Source: Elsinoe ampelina
Lineage: Eukaryota
Assembly (NCBI GenBank): GCA_010093995.1
Contig: ML992502.1
Coordinates: 861,001-925,000 of the forward strand
Direction: 5' to 3'
DNA: 64,000 nt
Position 1 is the stretch's first letter. Every line of letters starts with the position of its first letter. The notes below the pieces were generated by a model. It saw only the letters and a program-made list of their open reading frames with translations, did no database searches and was not told where the DNA came from. The position numbers and the translations under genes are program-made. Of this stretch, positions 1 through 10,664 are shown piece after piece.

Positions 1-1979
1 AAGAGCAAAAGCAGGCTGGCACCGACGATGTGGCAGACGATCTAGGCATCTCCGAGCGGCTCAAGATCTTTCGAACACTTACCGAGGACGCTCGCGATAG
101 GCTAAAGAAGAAGTTGCCTGTCTACGCAATTCCAACTCTTTTTATCCCGATGATCCGATTACCATTGACACCGAACGGAAAAGTAGACAAGCGTGCATTG
201 CCTTTCCCAGGCAAGACGGAGCTGATGGCAGCTAATGCGGCACTACCACCACAGGATCTTTCCAAGAGGAGTGAGACCGAGTCACAACTTGCGGAAGTCT
301 GGGCCCACTACCTCAAGAGCTACACTCCAGACACCATTCCTTCCGACGTACCCTTCTTCGACCTTGGTGGAAACAGCATTGCGGCTGTACAGATACCTGG
401 ACAGATCCGGAAGAGATATCCAGATGTCACGATACCAATATCAGCCATCTCCAAGAACCCGACACTCAGCCAGCTTGCAGCTGATATCGATCGTTCTCTT
501 GATCCTGTTGGATTGAGATTCGATGGCGATGCTGCAGCTCTCGCAGATCAGGAGGAATTCTACTCCAACACTGTCCCAGAACTTCTCGAGAAGCTTCCAA
601 CCAGCTTCCCAGCTGCTGAAAAGAAGGATCCCAAGCAGCAGACGGTCTTTGTCACTGGTGCTACTGGCTTCCTCGGTGCATTCATTCTGCACGATTTATT
701 GTCCAACGGCAGCAAGGTTATCGCCCATGTACGAGCCAAGACGTCACAAGATGCTCTTGAGAGAGTGAAACAAACTTGCTTGGCCTACGGGATCTGGTCG
801 GATTCGTGGTCGCAAAGGCTGCTCTGTGTGACTGGCGATCTAGAGCAAGAGTCACTGGGACTGACGGGAGACGATCTCGAGAAGGTGGTCAATGAGGCCG
901 ACTCTATTATCCACAATGGAGCTATCGTGCACTGGATCAAGCCTTTTGCAAGCTTGAAGGCTGCCAATGTGCTCAGTACACTCTCGGCACTCCAATTGTG
1001 CGCAAAAGGGAAGCCAAAGAGGTTTGCGTTTGTCAGCTCGACCAGTGCGCTCGACAATGATCACTTCATACAAGTATCCGAGAAGAGCGTATCCACGGGT
1101 GGAACAGGAGTCAGCGAAGCCGATGATATGGAAGGTAGCAGACAGGGACTGACCACAGGATATGGTCAGAGCAAATGGGTTTCCGAGCAACTCGTTTTCG
1201 AGGCGAAGAGACGAGGCTTGACAGCGGGTGTGATCAGAGCGGGTTATGTGCTTGGTGATCCAAAGACTGGCAGTGAGTATTGGAGAACCGTCCAGGATTC
1301 GGCAAAGCTGACATTTCACAGCTACCAACACAGATGACTTTTTGCTGCGCATGCTCAAGGGTTGTATTCAGGTATCGTCGAGACCTGCCATCACCAACAC
1401 GATCAACATGGTACCTGTCGACCATGTTGCCCGACTTGTGGCCGCTACCGCCTTCAACCCACCAAACACCAAGCCGGGTGTAGTACATGTGACCAGTCAT
1501 CCACGCATTACCTTCAACGACTACTTGAGTTCTCTCCAACAATATGGATATGATGTGCCTGAAGTTCCATATAAGCAATGGAGAGATTCCGTTGAAGCAT
1601 TTGTGGAGAAGGGCGAGGAGGAACATGCACTGTGAGTATTCCAGCCAATCTCACAAAAACAAGGCATGCTAATTGTGACAGACTTGGCCTCTACCACATG
1701 GTCACCGGGGATCTCCCTGCAAACACCAAGGCTCCCGAGCTGGATGACCGCAATGCCGCAGCCGTGCTGAAGGCTGACGAGGCTCGGACTGGTCAAGACT
1801 TGTCCGGTGGTAGTGCAGTCACCGTGGAGAAGGTCGGCATCTACATGTCGTATCTTATAGCGAGAGGGTTCATGCCCAAGCCGAGCCGTGAAGGACACCT
1901 ATCGCTTCCGAAAGTCGCACTCAGCGCTGAGCAGGTCAAGGCGCTGGAGAAGGTCGGTGGTAGGGGAGGCAGCTCGTAG
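1..1979 (+). CDS. LYS2: L-2-aminoadipate reductase, 3' part (end of A domain, PCP, thioester reductase); 5' end lies outside the window
   Basis: PLTPNGKVDKRAL (A10 motif), FFDLGGNSI (PCP serine), VFVTGATGFLG and GYGQSKW (R domain). GT-AG introns 1273-1321 and 1632-1681 join the three ORFs in frame. Stop TAG 1977-1979. Confidence 0.95.
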
Positions 1980-2361
1980 ATTGTCCGTGTGCTGGAGAGG
2001 AAAGATGACATGGATTGAAGTGGTAGCTCGTCTAGCCAAGCGATGCTACAGCTGCACAATGCCGTCTTGAGACAGACCAAAATATATATGACAGCGTCAC
2101 GTGCAAAGCGTTCATCGGCGTGCCCCTGAATTCAACGTCGGCCAGCTCCGATCTGCGAAACTCAATGCCTTTGGCAGCCAATCACCAAGATACCGGCAAC
2201 TAGCATGCTGCATATCTATCGACGGGCACAGCTGCCATATTCAACGGCCATGTCTGCACCGACTATCCCAGCTTTATAGGTCCTACTTCCCTATTCATCC
2301 AGCCTCTCTGTATACCCAGACAGACCAATCGCCAATCCTCTCACCTCTCCCACCACCCACC

Positions 2362-3732
2362 ATGTCCCTCCAACCCACCATCTACGTCGGCCCCCTAATC
2401 CACCACAAATCCCTGACCGAACTCGAAATCCTCCCCACGGCCAGCATCTACGTCGACGCGCACGGCAAAATCGCACACATCTCCCCCACCCCGACCCCTC
2501 CACCCGCCGGCTTCTCCTCCGCCCGCACCATCCACGCCCCGGGCCCCTCCACCTTCTTCTTCCCAGGCTTCATCGACACCCACACGCACGCGCCCCAGTT
2601 CCCCAACGCCGGCCTCTTCGGCGCCACCACGCTCCTCTCCTGGCTAGAAACGTACACCTTCCCGACCGAATCACGCTTCTCCTCGCTCCCGTTCGCGAAA
2701 CAAGTCTACTCCCGCGTCGTCAAACGACTCCTCTCCCACGGCACCACCACGGCCGCGTACTACGCCACCGTGCACGTGCCCGCCACCAACCTTCTGGCGG
2801 AAATCTGCCACGCGGCGGGCCAGAGGGCGTTCGTCGGACGGGTGTGCATGGACCGCGACGGGTTCGTGCCGGGGTTTTACAGGGATGAGTCGGCCGCGCA
2901 GGGCGTGGTGGATTCGAGGGCGAGTATTGAGTTTTGCCGCGCGTTGGATCCCGAGGGGGATCTGGTGCAGGCGATTGTGACGCCGAGGTTTGCCCCGGCT
3001 TGTTCGGAGGAGGCGCTCAGGGGTTTGGGGGAGTTGGTCAGGGAGACTGGCGTGAGGGTCCAGACGCATGTGAGTGAGAATCGGGATGAGGTCAGGCTTG
3101 TAGGGAAGCTGTTCCCCGAGGATAGGGATTATGTGGGTGTTTATGATCGGTTTGGGTTGTTGGGGGAGAGGACCGTGTTGGCGCATGCGATTTGGTTGAG
3201 TGAGGAGGAGAAGCGGCTGGTTAAGGAGAGGAAGGCAAAGTTGAGTCATTGTCCTTGTAGTAACACTTGTTTGACGTCGGGGGCGATGAAGGTGAAGGAT
3301 TTGTTGGCCGAGGGGATAGATGTGGGACTGGGGACGGATGCGAGTGGGGGCTATAGTGCGAGTATGTTGGAGGAGGTGAGGCAGGCGATTTTGGTCAGTC
3401 GGCATGTGGCCATGGTGGATGGGGAGAAGGCAAAGTTGAGCTTTGAGGAAGCATTATGGCTGGCGACGAAAGGAGGAGCAAAGGTCTTGGGTCTGGAGGA
3501 CAAGGTCGGTTCATTTGAGGTGGGCATGGATTGGGATGCACAGATGATCAGTCTTGGACAAGTGGATGAGGATGGTACTATCGGCGTCACGGAGAATCTG
3601 GTAGATGTCTATGGCGAGGAGAAGTGGATCGATCGGGTTGCTAAATGGGTGTACGCGGGCGATGACAGAAATACTTCTGCCGTCTGGGTCAAGGGCCGGT
3701 TAGTGCACAAGAGAACAGATGTATCATTTTAG
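2362..3732 (+). CDS. GUD1: Guanine deaminase (amidohydrolase superfamily)
   Basis: PGFIDTHTHAPQF, HGTTTAAYYAT, TPRFAPAC, QTHVSEN, LGTDASGGYS motifs. First ATG at 2362. Intronless. Confidence 0.92.
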   Translation: MSLQPTIYVGPLIHHKSLTELEILPTASIYVDAHGKIAHISPTPTPPPAGFSSARTIHAPGPSTFFFPGFIDTHTHAPQFPNAGLFGATTLLSWLETYTFPTESRFSSLPFAKQVYSRVVKRLLSHGTTTAAYYATVHVPATNLLAEICHAAGQRAFVGRVCMDRDGFVPGFYRDESAAQGVVDSRASIEFCRALDPEGDLVQAIVTPRFAPACSEEALRGLGELVRETGVRVQTHVSENRDEVRLVGKLFPEDRDYVGVYDRFGLLGERTVLAHAIWLSEEEKRLVKERKAKLSHCPCSNTCLTSGAMKVKDLLAEGIDVGLGTDASGGYSASMLEEVRQAILVSRHVAMVDGEKAKLSFEEALWLATKGGAKVLGLEDKVGSFEVGMDWDAQMISLGQVDEDGTIGVTENLVDVYGEEKWIDRVAKWVYAGDDRNTSAVWVKGRLVHKRTDVSF

Positions 3733-3819
3733 AACTGGTGGGAAAGTGTAATTGGTGTGCATAGGTAGATTTCAAGTAGACTAGACTCCCCCAATACTGC
3801 CAGTGCAGTGTGGACCAAT

Positions 3820-4299
3820 CTAACGAAACTTCTTCGTAGGTGCATTACGCTCGGTGCTTGTGTATCCTTCCTCGTCCTCGTCATATATGACGGTCATTTT
3901 GGCGAACTTGACCCTTTTCCGAGGCTTCGTCTTGATCCTAGACTGCCCCGGAATGGTGGCAATGTAGTCTCGCCTCTGCTTCATTCTCTCAGCGTTCGTG
4001 CTTGTCACATACCGAGGAGCATCCATGTCCTTTACGATGATGCTGTTTATAGTTGAGATAGACGATCCAGAATCGGAGTCATCTACCACAAGCGGCGAGA
4101 CAGGCCTAGGTGGCAAGGCAGGTGCTGTAGCTACAAGTTCCTCCAAATACCGTCGTCGAGCTTTGAGCTTGTCGATTGCAATCTTCAGCTCTCTTGCTCG
4201 TCGTTCGTGCTCGTCAATCCAGGCTCGTGGTCGGGCTTTCATTTCGTGAAAGACTGTAGACATTAGCCAATGCCCGCGTTCAACCTTGGGCCCACTCAC
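3820..4299 (-). CDS. Hypothetical protein (coiled-coil, basic C-terminus)
   Basis: 159-aa ORF overlapping the end of the upstream ORF by 20 nt. No recognisable motif. Confidence 0.35.
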   Translation of the reverse strand: MSGPKVERGHWLMSTVFHEMKARPRAWIDEHERRARELKIAIDKLKARRRYLEELVATAPALPPRPVSPLVVDDSDSGSSISTINSIIVKDMDAPRYVTSTNAERMKQRRDYIATIPGQSRIKTKPRKRVKFAKMTVIYDEDEEGYTSTERNAPTKKFR

Positions 4300-5311
4300 T
4301 CATTTGCAGGAAACCGAGCTTGAGGGGATCGATGTTCGGTATCCTTCCTGCTTCTGGCACAGGGCCACGAACTCTCGCAATGGTGATACGAGCTCGCCGA
4401 GCTGCTCTACTCGGCTGCATAGGTTTCTTCAGCTCAGAATGCAGTACTCGTGATGGCAGCCAGAATTTTCGTCTAGGATGGACAAATGTATCAGGGAATA
4501 CAGGGCCTGGAAGATCGAACCCGACCGAAAGGCCCTTGGGTCCGAAGTAGGTCTTGTTCCAGCAAGCAGTCCAGCAAGGTAGGGAACCATGTTTGACGGC
4601 TTTGCGAAGGCTGCGAGCCTTGAAAACAAAGTAGAAAGGCGGTACTACAACGCCGAGGAAGGCCACAGCTTTGATAGGGAAGCCAGCAATGAGGAAAGAC
4701 TCGACCAAGCCACCAGCAAGGAGATTAAGAATGTATTGGCTGACTCTGATTTTGTTGGTGAAGATGAAGCGAGTGACAAAAGTGTTCCAATCTTCACGAG
4801 AGACGCCGTAATCTTGAAGCCATACAGGATACTGGTATCCGGAGGAAGCATGCCGGCGACGAGGGACTAGCTGAACGCTGGGTATCTTGCTCTTCGTAAG
4901 CTCCATGTCCGGAAAATATACTGGCATCTGTCGAATTGCTGCTGGAGTCGCCAATCTTCCCCTTCGCTCTTCGCCCTTCTTGCATCGCATGTGCACCATC
5001 ATCCAAAGCCGTGTAAGGCATCTTCTCCCATACTTTGCGATGAGTTGCGTCTTGAAAAACGCCAATGCTTGTTCTGTCTCGCTTTGCCTGCTGAGCAGGT
5101 AGTTTTGGATCCCTTCGAGTGTCTCCGGATCTTCTCTGACAGTAATGAACGGTCCGACTCTTGTCTGCCTCCACCTGTCGTAGATGCGACCAGGTACACT
5201 GCGTTTCGAGTAATGATGGCCGAGGTCGTGATCGTCGTTCGGCTTGTTTCGCTTGGATGATGAAGGTTTGATGTCGGGTCGAGATGGCGGCCACCAACGT
5301 ATCGCCGACAT
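4280..5311 (-). CDS. Hypothetical membrane protein with an Erf4/Golgin-A7-like fungal motif
   Basis: 343-aa ORF: PVWLQDYGVSREDWNTF, two hydrophobic segments, then WNKTYFGPKGL. This resembles the Erf4-like pattern from memory. Confidence 0.55.
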   Translation of the reverse strand: MSAIRWWPPSRPDIKPSSSKRNKPNDDHDLGHHYSKRSVPGRIYDRWRQTRVGPFITVREDPETLEGIQNYLLSRQSETEQALAFFKTQLIAKYGRRCLTRLWMMVHMRCKKGEERRGRLATPAAIRQMPVYFPDMELTKSKIPSVQLVPRRRHASSGYQYPVWLQDYGVSREDWNTFVTRFIFTNKIRVSQYILNLLAGGLVESFLIAGFPIKAVAFLGVVVPPFYFVFKARSLRKAVKHGSLPCWTACWNKTYFGPKGLSVGFDLPGPVFPDTFVHPRRKFWLPSRVLHSELKKPMQPSRAARRARITIARVRGPVPEAGRIPNIDPLKLGFLQMSEWAQG

Positions 5312-5459
5312 GCTTCATATGAGGGCTAGAAATGGTGGTGTCGACCGGAAGTCATTCTGTTCATCGACGAACATAACTATCACAGTTTGAGATCGAGCGT
5401 TTCGCGCCCGAATCTACCATCGCACCTGCCTTTCGAAGCTACCTAAGTGCTCGCTCCGC

Positions 5460-7382
5460 TCAAAGCTCCATTGTAGCAATGCGACCGCCAACTTCACCCT
5501 CTTGACTAAATGGACCACGAGCAATACTTCTCCTGAGCGTCTCCAAGATATCCTTGTATGCCTGTTCAGGCTCGTCTTCGGTAGCGGATTTCAGGCGACT
5601 ATACATTGCCTTCAAAGTCTCATGCTTTGCCACAGCGACTTTATATGCAACACTCTCGACATCACCGCGTCCGCCCACTAAGTTGGCGAATGACCTCGCC
5701 GGCTTCAAGATCCATGGTAGTGTGTGCTCAAGGGACGGAGGAGCAAGTATTGACTGCACACCTGACGCCGGAGTGGCCGGGGTCGGATTTGGAAGTTGCC
5801 GGACAAAGTCGGATTCTTTGATCATGCCTGGCAACGTAGCTTCTGAAAGTGGTGCCCATGTTGAAGTGATGATTGAGGATACTACATTGATGGCAGCGAG
5901 AGCAGTATCGGTGAGAGAAACGCTGTCCGCGTGTGCTACGAGGTCGGCAAACAAACGTGGATTGTACCTGGTGACATAGAGGAAGTAGAGCACTCGAGCG
6001 GCTTGAGCTTCGACGACACCACGTTCATCGATGGAACTTGTCATTGGAGACTCATCTGGGTACGTGAGCGATTCTACTTTGTTTGGACCTTGGAAGATAG
6101 TAGCCAGCGTGTTTAGAGCATCTGGGTTGGTCTGCTTTGAAGGAAGTAGCCTGATGACGCTGCCGACAGCTTGACTTGCAGAATCTGCTCCAGGGAGTAA
6201 AGCAACTCGAGGGAGACTGGCGAGCACATGGAGATCGTGCCTAGGTGACTCTTGATGAGCCCATCTACTCGGAGATAGGTCGATAGCCTGCTCTAATCTT
6301 CTCACGACCTTCGATCGTGCAGGACTTCCCAGGAAATGCTTCTGATAGACTGAAGCATAAGTGGCGACATACTTGGCTGCCGATGGGTAGAGAAATGGAA
6401 CTTCGAGTATGCCATGCCTCCGTTCGTCGGGATCTATGTAAAGACTGACGACCTTGTTGTGAATGCCATGCTGAATAAGATAGTCGAGGGAGAGCGATGT
6501 GTCTTGAGTGGAATCAAAACCAGCTTGATTGACGGTCTGGATGAGATCCACGAAGAATTCGAAAAGACATCTGTACATAATTACGTCGTCTTTCGTGTCA
6601 ACCATGTTTAGCACAGCGAAGCTCAACAGGGAGGCAGAGGAATCGGCAGTTGAGAAATACCTCTGCTCCACATCCTTGTTATGCGAGCGTGTGACCGTGT
6701 CCCAGTCCAGAGCTGCTATATTGGGGAGCACTTCCAGCAGTCTAGCTTGTGCAAGGGTCCGCTGTTTCCGTGAGAGCTCGTGACTGGATTTGCTGGTATC
6801 GGCCACGCACAGGGAAAAGAGAAGAGAGTAGACATCTTTGTCTTGGAAGACACGCTTCCATACAAGTCCAGGTGGACTTCCCGTTGTATCCCGAGACGAT
6901 TGGTGATCGATTTTGAGAAGGCCATGTAAGACTTCTCCGGCCTCCTGCGCGATGCCAGGTTCTGGACTCGAGAGCCAAAGTGTGATCAGCGAAGAAATGA
7001 TCTCAGGTCGTCCGGCAACTGTAGCTGCATCAGATGGATTCAGGGTAGCTTTCCTGAGGATTGCTAGGAGGAGCCTGTTGTACGGCACTGCTTGAACATT
7101 CAGACCAGACACAAAGTCGACATTTTCAGAGAGTGTCAGAATGTCCGAGAAGGAGTATGGCTTCAGCAGAGCTATCAGCAGCTTATTGAGAAGTGTGGGA
7201 TCAGCTTGTATGGTTGGTACCACTGCTGACAATTCCTTCACCAGGCTCACGGATTCGGGTTGTTGAAGGTAAAGTGGGAGAACTTGACAGCATGTCTCCA
7301 CCAGTCTCTCATTGACGGGTGTTGAGGCCTCATTCCGTAGGGTAGATAAATGGGCTTGCAGCTCTTCATAAGCCTGCGCCAT
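5460..7382 (-). CDS. Hsm3-like proteasome 19S assembly chaperone (ARM/HEAT-like)
   Basis: 640-aa intronless Leu-rich helical ORF. GLVWKRVFQDKDVY, TLAQARLLE and C-terminal GGRIATMEL resemble filamentous-fungal HSM3 homologues. Confidence 0.65.
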   Translation of the reverse strand: MAQAYEELQAHLSTLRNEASTPVNERLVETCCQVLPLYLQQPESVSLVKELSAVVPTIQADPTLLNKLLIALLKPYSFSDILTLSENVDFVSGLNVQAVPYNRLLLAILRKATLNPSDAATVAGRPEIISSLITLWLSSPEPGIAQEAGEVLHGLLKIDHQSSRDTTGSPPGLVWKRVFQDKDVYSLLFSLCVADTSKSSHELSRKQRTLAQARLLEVLPNIAALDWDTVTRSHNKDVEQRYFSTADSSASLLSFAVLNMVDTKDDVIMYRCLFEFFVDLIQTVNQAGFDSTQDTSLSLDYLIQHGIHNKVVSLYIDPDERRHGILEVPFLYPSAAKYVATYASVYQKHFLGSPARSKVVRRLEQAIDLSPSRWAHQESPRHDLHVLASLPRVALLPGADSASQAVGSVIRLLPSKQTNPDALNTLATIFQGPNKVESLTYPDESPMTSSIDERGVVEAQAARVLYFLYVTRYNPRLFADLVAHADSVSLTDTALAAINVVSSIITSTWAPLSEATLPGMIKESDFVRQLPNPTPATPASGVQSILAPPSLEHTLPWILKPARSFANLVGGRGDVESVAYKVAVAKHETLKAMYSRLKSATEDEPEQAYKDILETLRRSIARGPFSQEGEVGGRIATMEL

Positions 7383-7581
7383 GTTTGAATCGAGTGTGGT
7401 TTCGAACAGTGGGATATTAGATGATGAAGATGTGTGGCGTCAAAGGTGAAGAAGAAACCATAATCACGGAATTACAGAGCCCTTCGCACAACGCACATCA
7501 TTGTTTAGCATGTGACTCCAGACTGTAGATAGCTTTACATTATATTCCTTCATCAAGATCGTGAACTATTCTACATGGGTA

Positions 7582-9057
7582 TCATTGACTGCCCTCCAGC
7601 ACTAGTTGGGTCGAAACCTCCCACTTCAAACCTGCTCCATACTCGCCACCAAGACGTGTCCTGATCAGTCGAGTGAGCTTGTCCCTGACTTTAGCCATCT
7701 CATCTCCATAGCCATTGCCTCTGTACCGCAGCTTCAGGTTCGCCATTCCTAGCCCGTAATGAACCTGCCAGAACTTCGCCTCTTCCACTTCGCTGATCAT
7801 AGGATCCGACTCGATCTCTGCAATCACTTCCTTTACTCCCTCGACACCTCCAGGACCAGAGTATGACATGAGTAGCATGGACGCAAGAGCAGATCCGAGC
7901 TTTGCCCCGAATGCAATCATCATCACTGCAATCACTGCCGAAAGCGCCGTGTCGAACCAGGTGTACGTCTCGATGCTGAACAATGGCAAGAGCAGTAGAA
8001 GTGCTGAGCAGGACAATGTCATAAAGTGGCTCGGGTTGCCGAGAATCTTGCCCCAACCAGCAATTAGCTCAAAGCGCATAGCTTTGCCGATTCGAGCGTG
8101 GTTCTTGAGCACAACAGCCGATATCAGAGTCGAAATGATCGAAAGAAGAGCTGCAATGTCCACTGATCCTGGCGATACTCTTTCGTGATGGTGATGGTTC
8201 GTTGTGTGTGCTTCATGTCCTCCTTGATTCTCCAATGCATGCTCAATGCCATGCGATAGTACATCCAGTCCCATAAAGGCAATAAAGACTGCCATGCCGA
8301 AGCCGGCCAGCACATCTGCTCTTTCAAGACCGAAGGGGTGCCTCAAGCTCGATCGCTTCCAGACCTCGAAGTTACCCATCATGTCGACGAAGACGCAGAT
8401 TACAGCGCCACTGGCGTCGAAGAAAAGCAGTCGAGACAGAGCGGTCATGGCCATGGATCCGTGTGCACTCCATTGGACAAACGCCGCGACTAAGAAGTGA
8501 CCCAGGCACCACAGCAGACGTGACTTTTGCTCACCGGTCAAGCTGTGTTGTACCTCTTTCCGCGTAGGCATAGGTAGTGACGTAGGTAGTTGGAGAGGCG
8601 GGCGAGGTGTCGGGGCTTGGAAGATTTGGTGTGAAATGCTGCTGTGCTTGTACTTGTGCCCCTTGCGTCTCCCTAGGTCTGCTTTGCTCGCACTGACTCT
8701 GCCGGCTGTGTACTGCTGGGTCGTAAAGTTGAATGGATTGTTCGGTGTCACATTCTCTTTCTCTTCTCCAAAATCCATGGCGTGTGGTGTCATTGGAGAG
8801 TCAATGACCTGCCCACGCGCAGGACTCAAGGTGGGAGTGAACTCTGGGGACAGCATGTTTGTGTTGATGGAATGCCTCGTATCTACAGGCGATGGAGGCG
8901 ATAGGTTGGACGGGTCGAATGCAAAAGCCGAATTGTGCCCCTTTGCTTCGGCGAAGGCAACGTTGATTCCGAGTCCGACATCTGAGTTGCTATCGGTCTC
9001 TGATAGTGGTGAAGGTGTTCGTGGAGGTGCTGGTACTGGCATTGTGTTTGCAGCCAT
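7582..9057 (-). CDS. CDF (cation efflux) family zinc transporter, Zrg17-like
   Basis: RRKGHKYKHSS motif, HPFGLER, His-rich loop, about six TM segments, C-terminal CDF domain (FWQVHYG). Confidence 0.85.
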   Translation of the reverse strand: MAANTMPVPAPPRTPSPLSETDSNSDVGLGINVAFAEAKGHNSAFAFDPSNLSPPSPVDTRHSINTNMLSPEFTPTLSPARGQVIDSPMTPHAMDFGEEKENVTPNNPFNFTTQQYTAGRVSASKADLGRRKGHKYKHSSISHQIFQAPTPRPPLQLPTSLPMPTRKEVQHSLTGEQKSRLLWCLGHFLVAAFVQWSAHGSMAMTALSRLLFFDASGAVICVFVDMMGNFEVWKRSSLRHPFGLERADVLAGFGMAVFIAFMGLDVLSHGIEHALENQGGHEAHTTNHHHHERVSPGSVDIAALLSIISTLISAVVLKNHARIGKAMRFELIAGWGKILGNPSHFMTLSCSALLLLLPLFSIETYTWFDTALSAVIAVMMIAFGAKLGSALASMLLMSYSGPGGVEGVKEVIAEIESDPMISEVEEAKFWQVHYGLGMANLKLRYRGNGYGDEMAKVRDKLTRLIRTRLGGEYGAGLKWEVSTQLVLEGSQ

Positions 9058-9432
9058 TGTGTGTGATCTGCTCCAGGAAATCACCAGGAGCTGTCCAGTA
9101 TATCAAGTACAGAGCTGCAGCAGCATGAGACCAAACGAAACATGAACGACCTGTCAAAGATATATACTTCCTTGAGGCAACTGTCTCAAAGGGTCTCGAG
9201 AGAGCAGCGCGTCGTGCATTGACCAATCAGACGTCGTCATTTCTGACGGAAAGAGGTCAGTCCGCGACGGCCATTACAGCTGTTGTCTCTGTTTGACATC
9301 CTTCGCCTCTCTGCACACGTCTACCTCGCCAAGCTGTCAATTCTGGTGATCCTACGCCCGTTCTGGTCGCATACTATGCGCGAGTGCGACAAGTCTTGGT
9401 AGGGTCGCGAATGGGTTGCTGGCCTGCGGAAC

Positions 9433-10590
9433 ATGGAAAATGGCTCCGCCATCAACACAGATGGCGCTCGAGAAGACCGCCATGATGAGGTCAAATCAAG
9501 AGACTATTCAGAGGCCACATATGACCAAGTGGAAAGACCTTCCGTACACCGTCGGACACTGTCAAGCTCAATACTCGCTCGGTTGAACTTTCTGCGATCC
9601 TCGACAGAAGATGATAGACCTACACAACAGGAAATCCTGGACGCCGCCAGAGACCAGCAGCTGCGGTACGATGCACAATCACAAGAGCCGGCAATGGCAT
9701 GGGCACAGAAAGGCGTCAAGCCGAGGAGACGGACAGGCTCGTTGAGAAAGACTGCCATTCTGGGGACTGGTCGCATCAAGGCAGAAGGACGAGAGAGACG
9801 CAATACTCTGGTTCAGCGACGACCCTCTGCAGCGCAGCACGAAGAAGCAATTGATCTAGATGCGGTGATCCCCACAAGCAACGATGATGTACCACCAAGC
9901 GATGCGGTGCAAGCTTTGCAAAGACGCTTCAGTTACGACAGAGATGCCGAGGTGGCTACGAACTCTACTGGATGGTCTTCACCAGCACAATTGCTTTCCC
10001 TCCAGACAGATGCCGGCCGAGCAGGAATAGACTCCATCGACCATGCTTCTGGCGCACTCTCCTCACCTATTAAATCTCCGACCAGCCAAAGCAATGCTTC
10101 GACCACAGACGATGATGACTCGTTGTCCTTTTCTCGCCCTCTCAACAACGGTCACCACCTTACGCCCTCCCACAAGGCGACAGCGTCAAGTAGCTCCTCC
10201 TCCTACTTCCCTTCTCCCGACACAGTCTCACGACGACGATCGACCACCAAACCCCTCTCACCACTTGCCGCCTTACCAATGGACGCCTACGAAGAAGAAG
10301 AGCACTCATACAGCGAGACAGAATGGTGGGGCTGGGTCGTCCTGGTAGTGACCTGGATCGTCTTCGTCGTCGGCATGGGCAGCTGCCTCGAAGTCTGGTC
10401 CTGGGCCTGGGACGTAGGCCAAACCCCGTACGCCCCTCCAGAACTCGAAGACGACCCCACCCTCCCCATCGTAGGCTACTACCCAGCCCTCATCATCCTC
10501 ACAGCCGTCATGGCCTGGGTCTGGGTGATCGTAGCCTGGGTGGGCATGAAATACTTCAAACACGCAAAGGTGCACCCCGACGAATCCTAG
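9433..10590 (+). CDS. Protein with C-terminal PIG-Y/Eri1-like domain (GPI-GlcNAc transferase subunit)
   Basis: Long disordered N-terminus, then two TM helices WGWVVLVVTWIVFVVGMGS and YYPALIILTAVMAWVWVIVAWVGMKYFKH. Confidence 0.75.
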   Translation: MENGSAINTDGAREDRHDEVKSRDYSEATYDQVERPSVHRRTLSSSILARLNFLRSSTEDDRPTQQEILDAARDQQLRYDAQSQEPAMAWAQKGVKPRRRTGSLRKTAILGTGRIKAEGRERRNTLVQRRPSAAQHEEAIDLDAVIPTSNDDVPPSDAVQALQRRFSYDRDAEVATNSTGWSSPAQLLSLQTDAGRAGIDSIDHASGALSSPIKSPTSQSNASTTDDDDSLSFSRPLNNGHHLTPSHKATASSSSSSYFPSPDTVSRRRSTTKPLSPLAALPMDAYEEEEHSYSETEWWGWVVLVVTWIVFVVGMGSCLEVWSWAWDVGQTPYAPPELEDDPTLPIVGYYPALIILTAVMAWVWVIVAWVGMKYFKHAKVHPDES

Positions 10591-10664
10591 CCCTACATTT
10601 GCGAGCCTACATAGATACCCAATAATTCATAATCTCATGACCCCATCCCTACTCAACCGTCAAC

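Noticed and set aside
1..1979. NRPS-like domains as a secondary-metabolite cluster
   Set aside because: The A-T-R architecture and motifs fit primary-metabolism Lys2, and the neighbours are housekeeping genes.
2101..2361. GTG-initiated N-terminal extension of guanine deaminase (likewise 25168-25548 for the exchanger)
   Set aside because: Non-ATG starts from the ORF caller; the sequence looks like promoter or 5' UTR.
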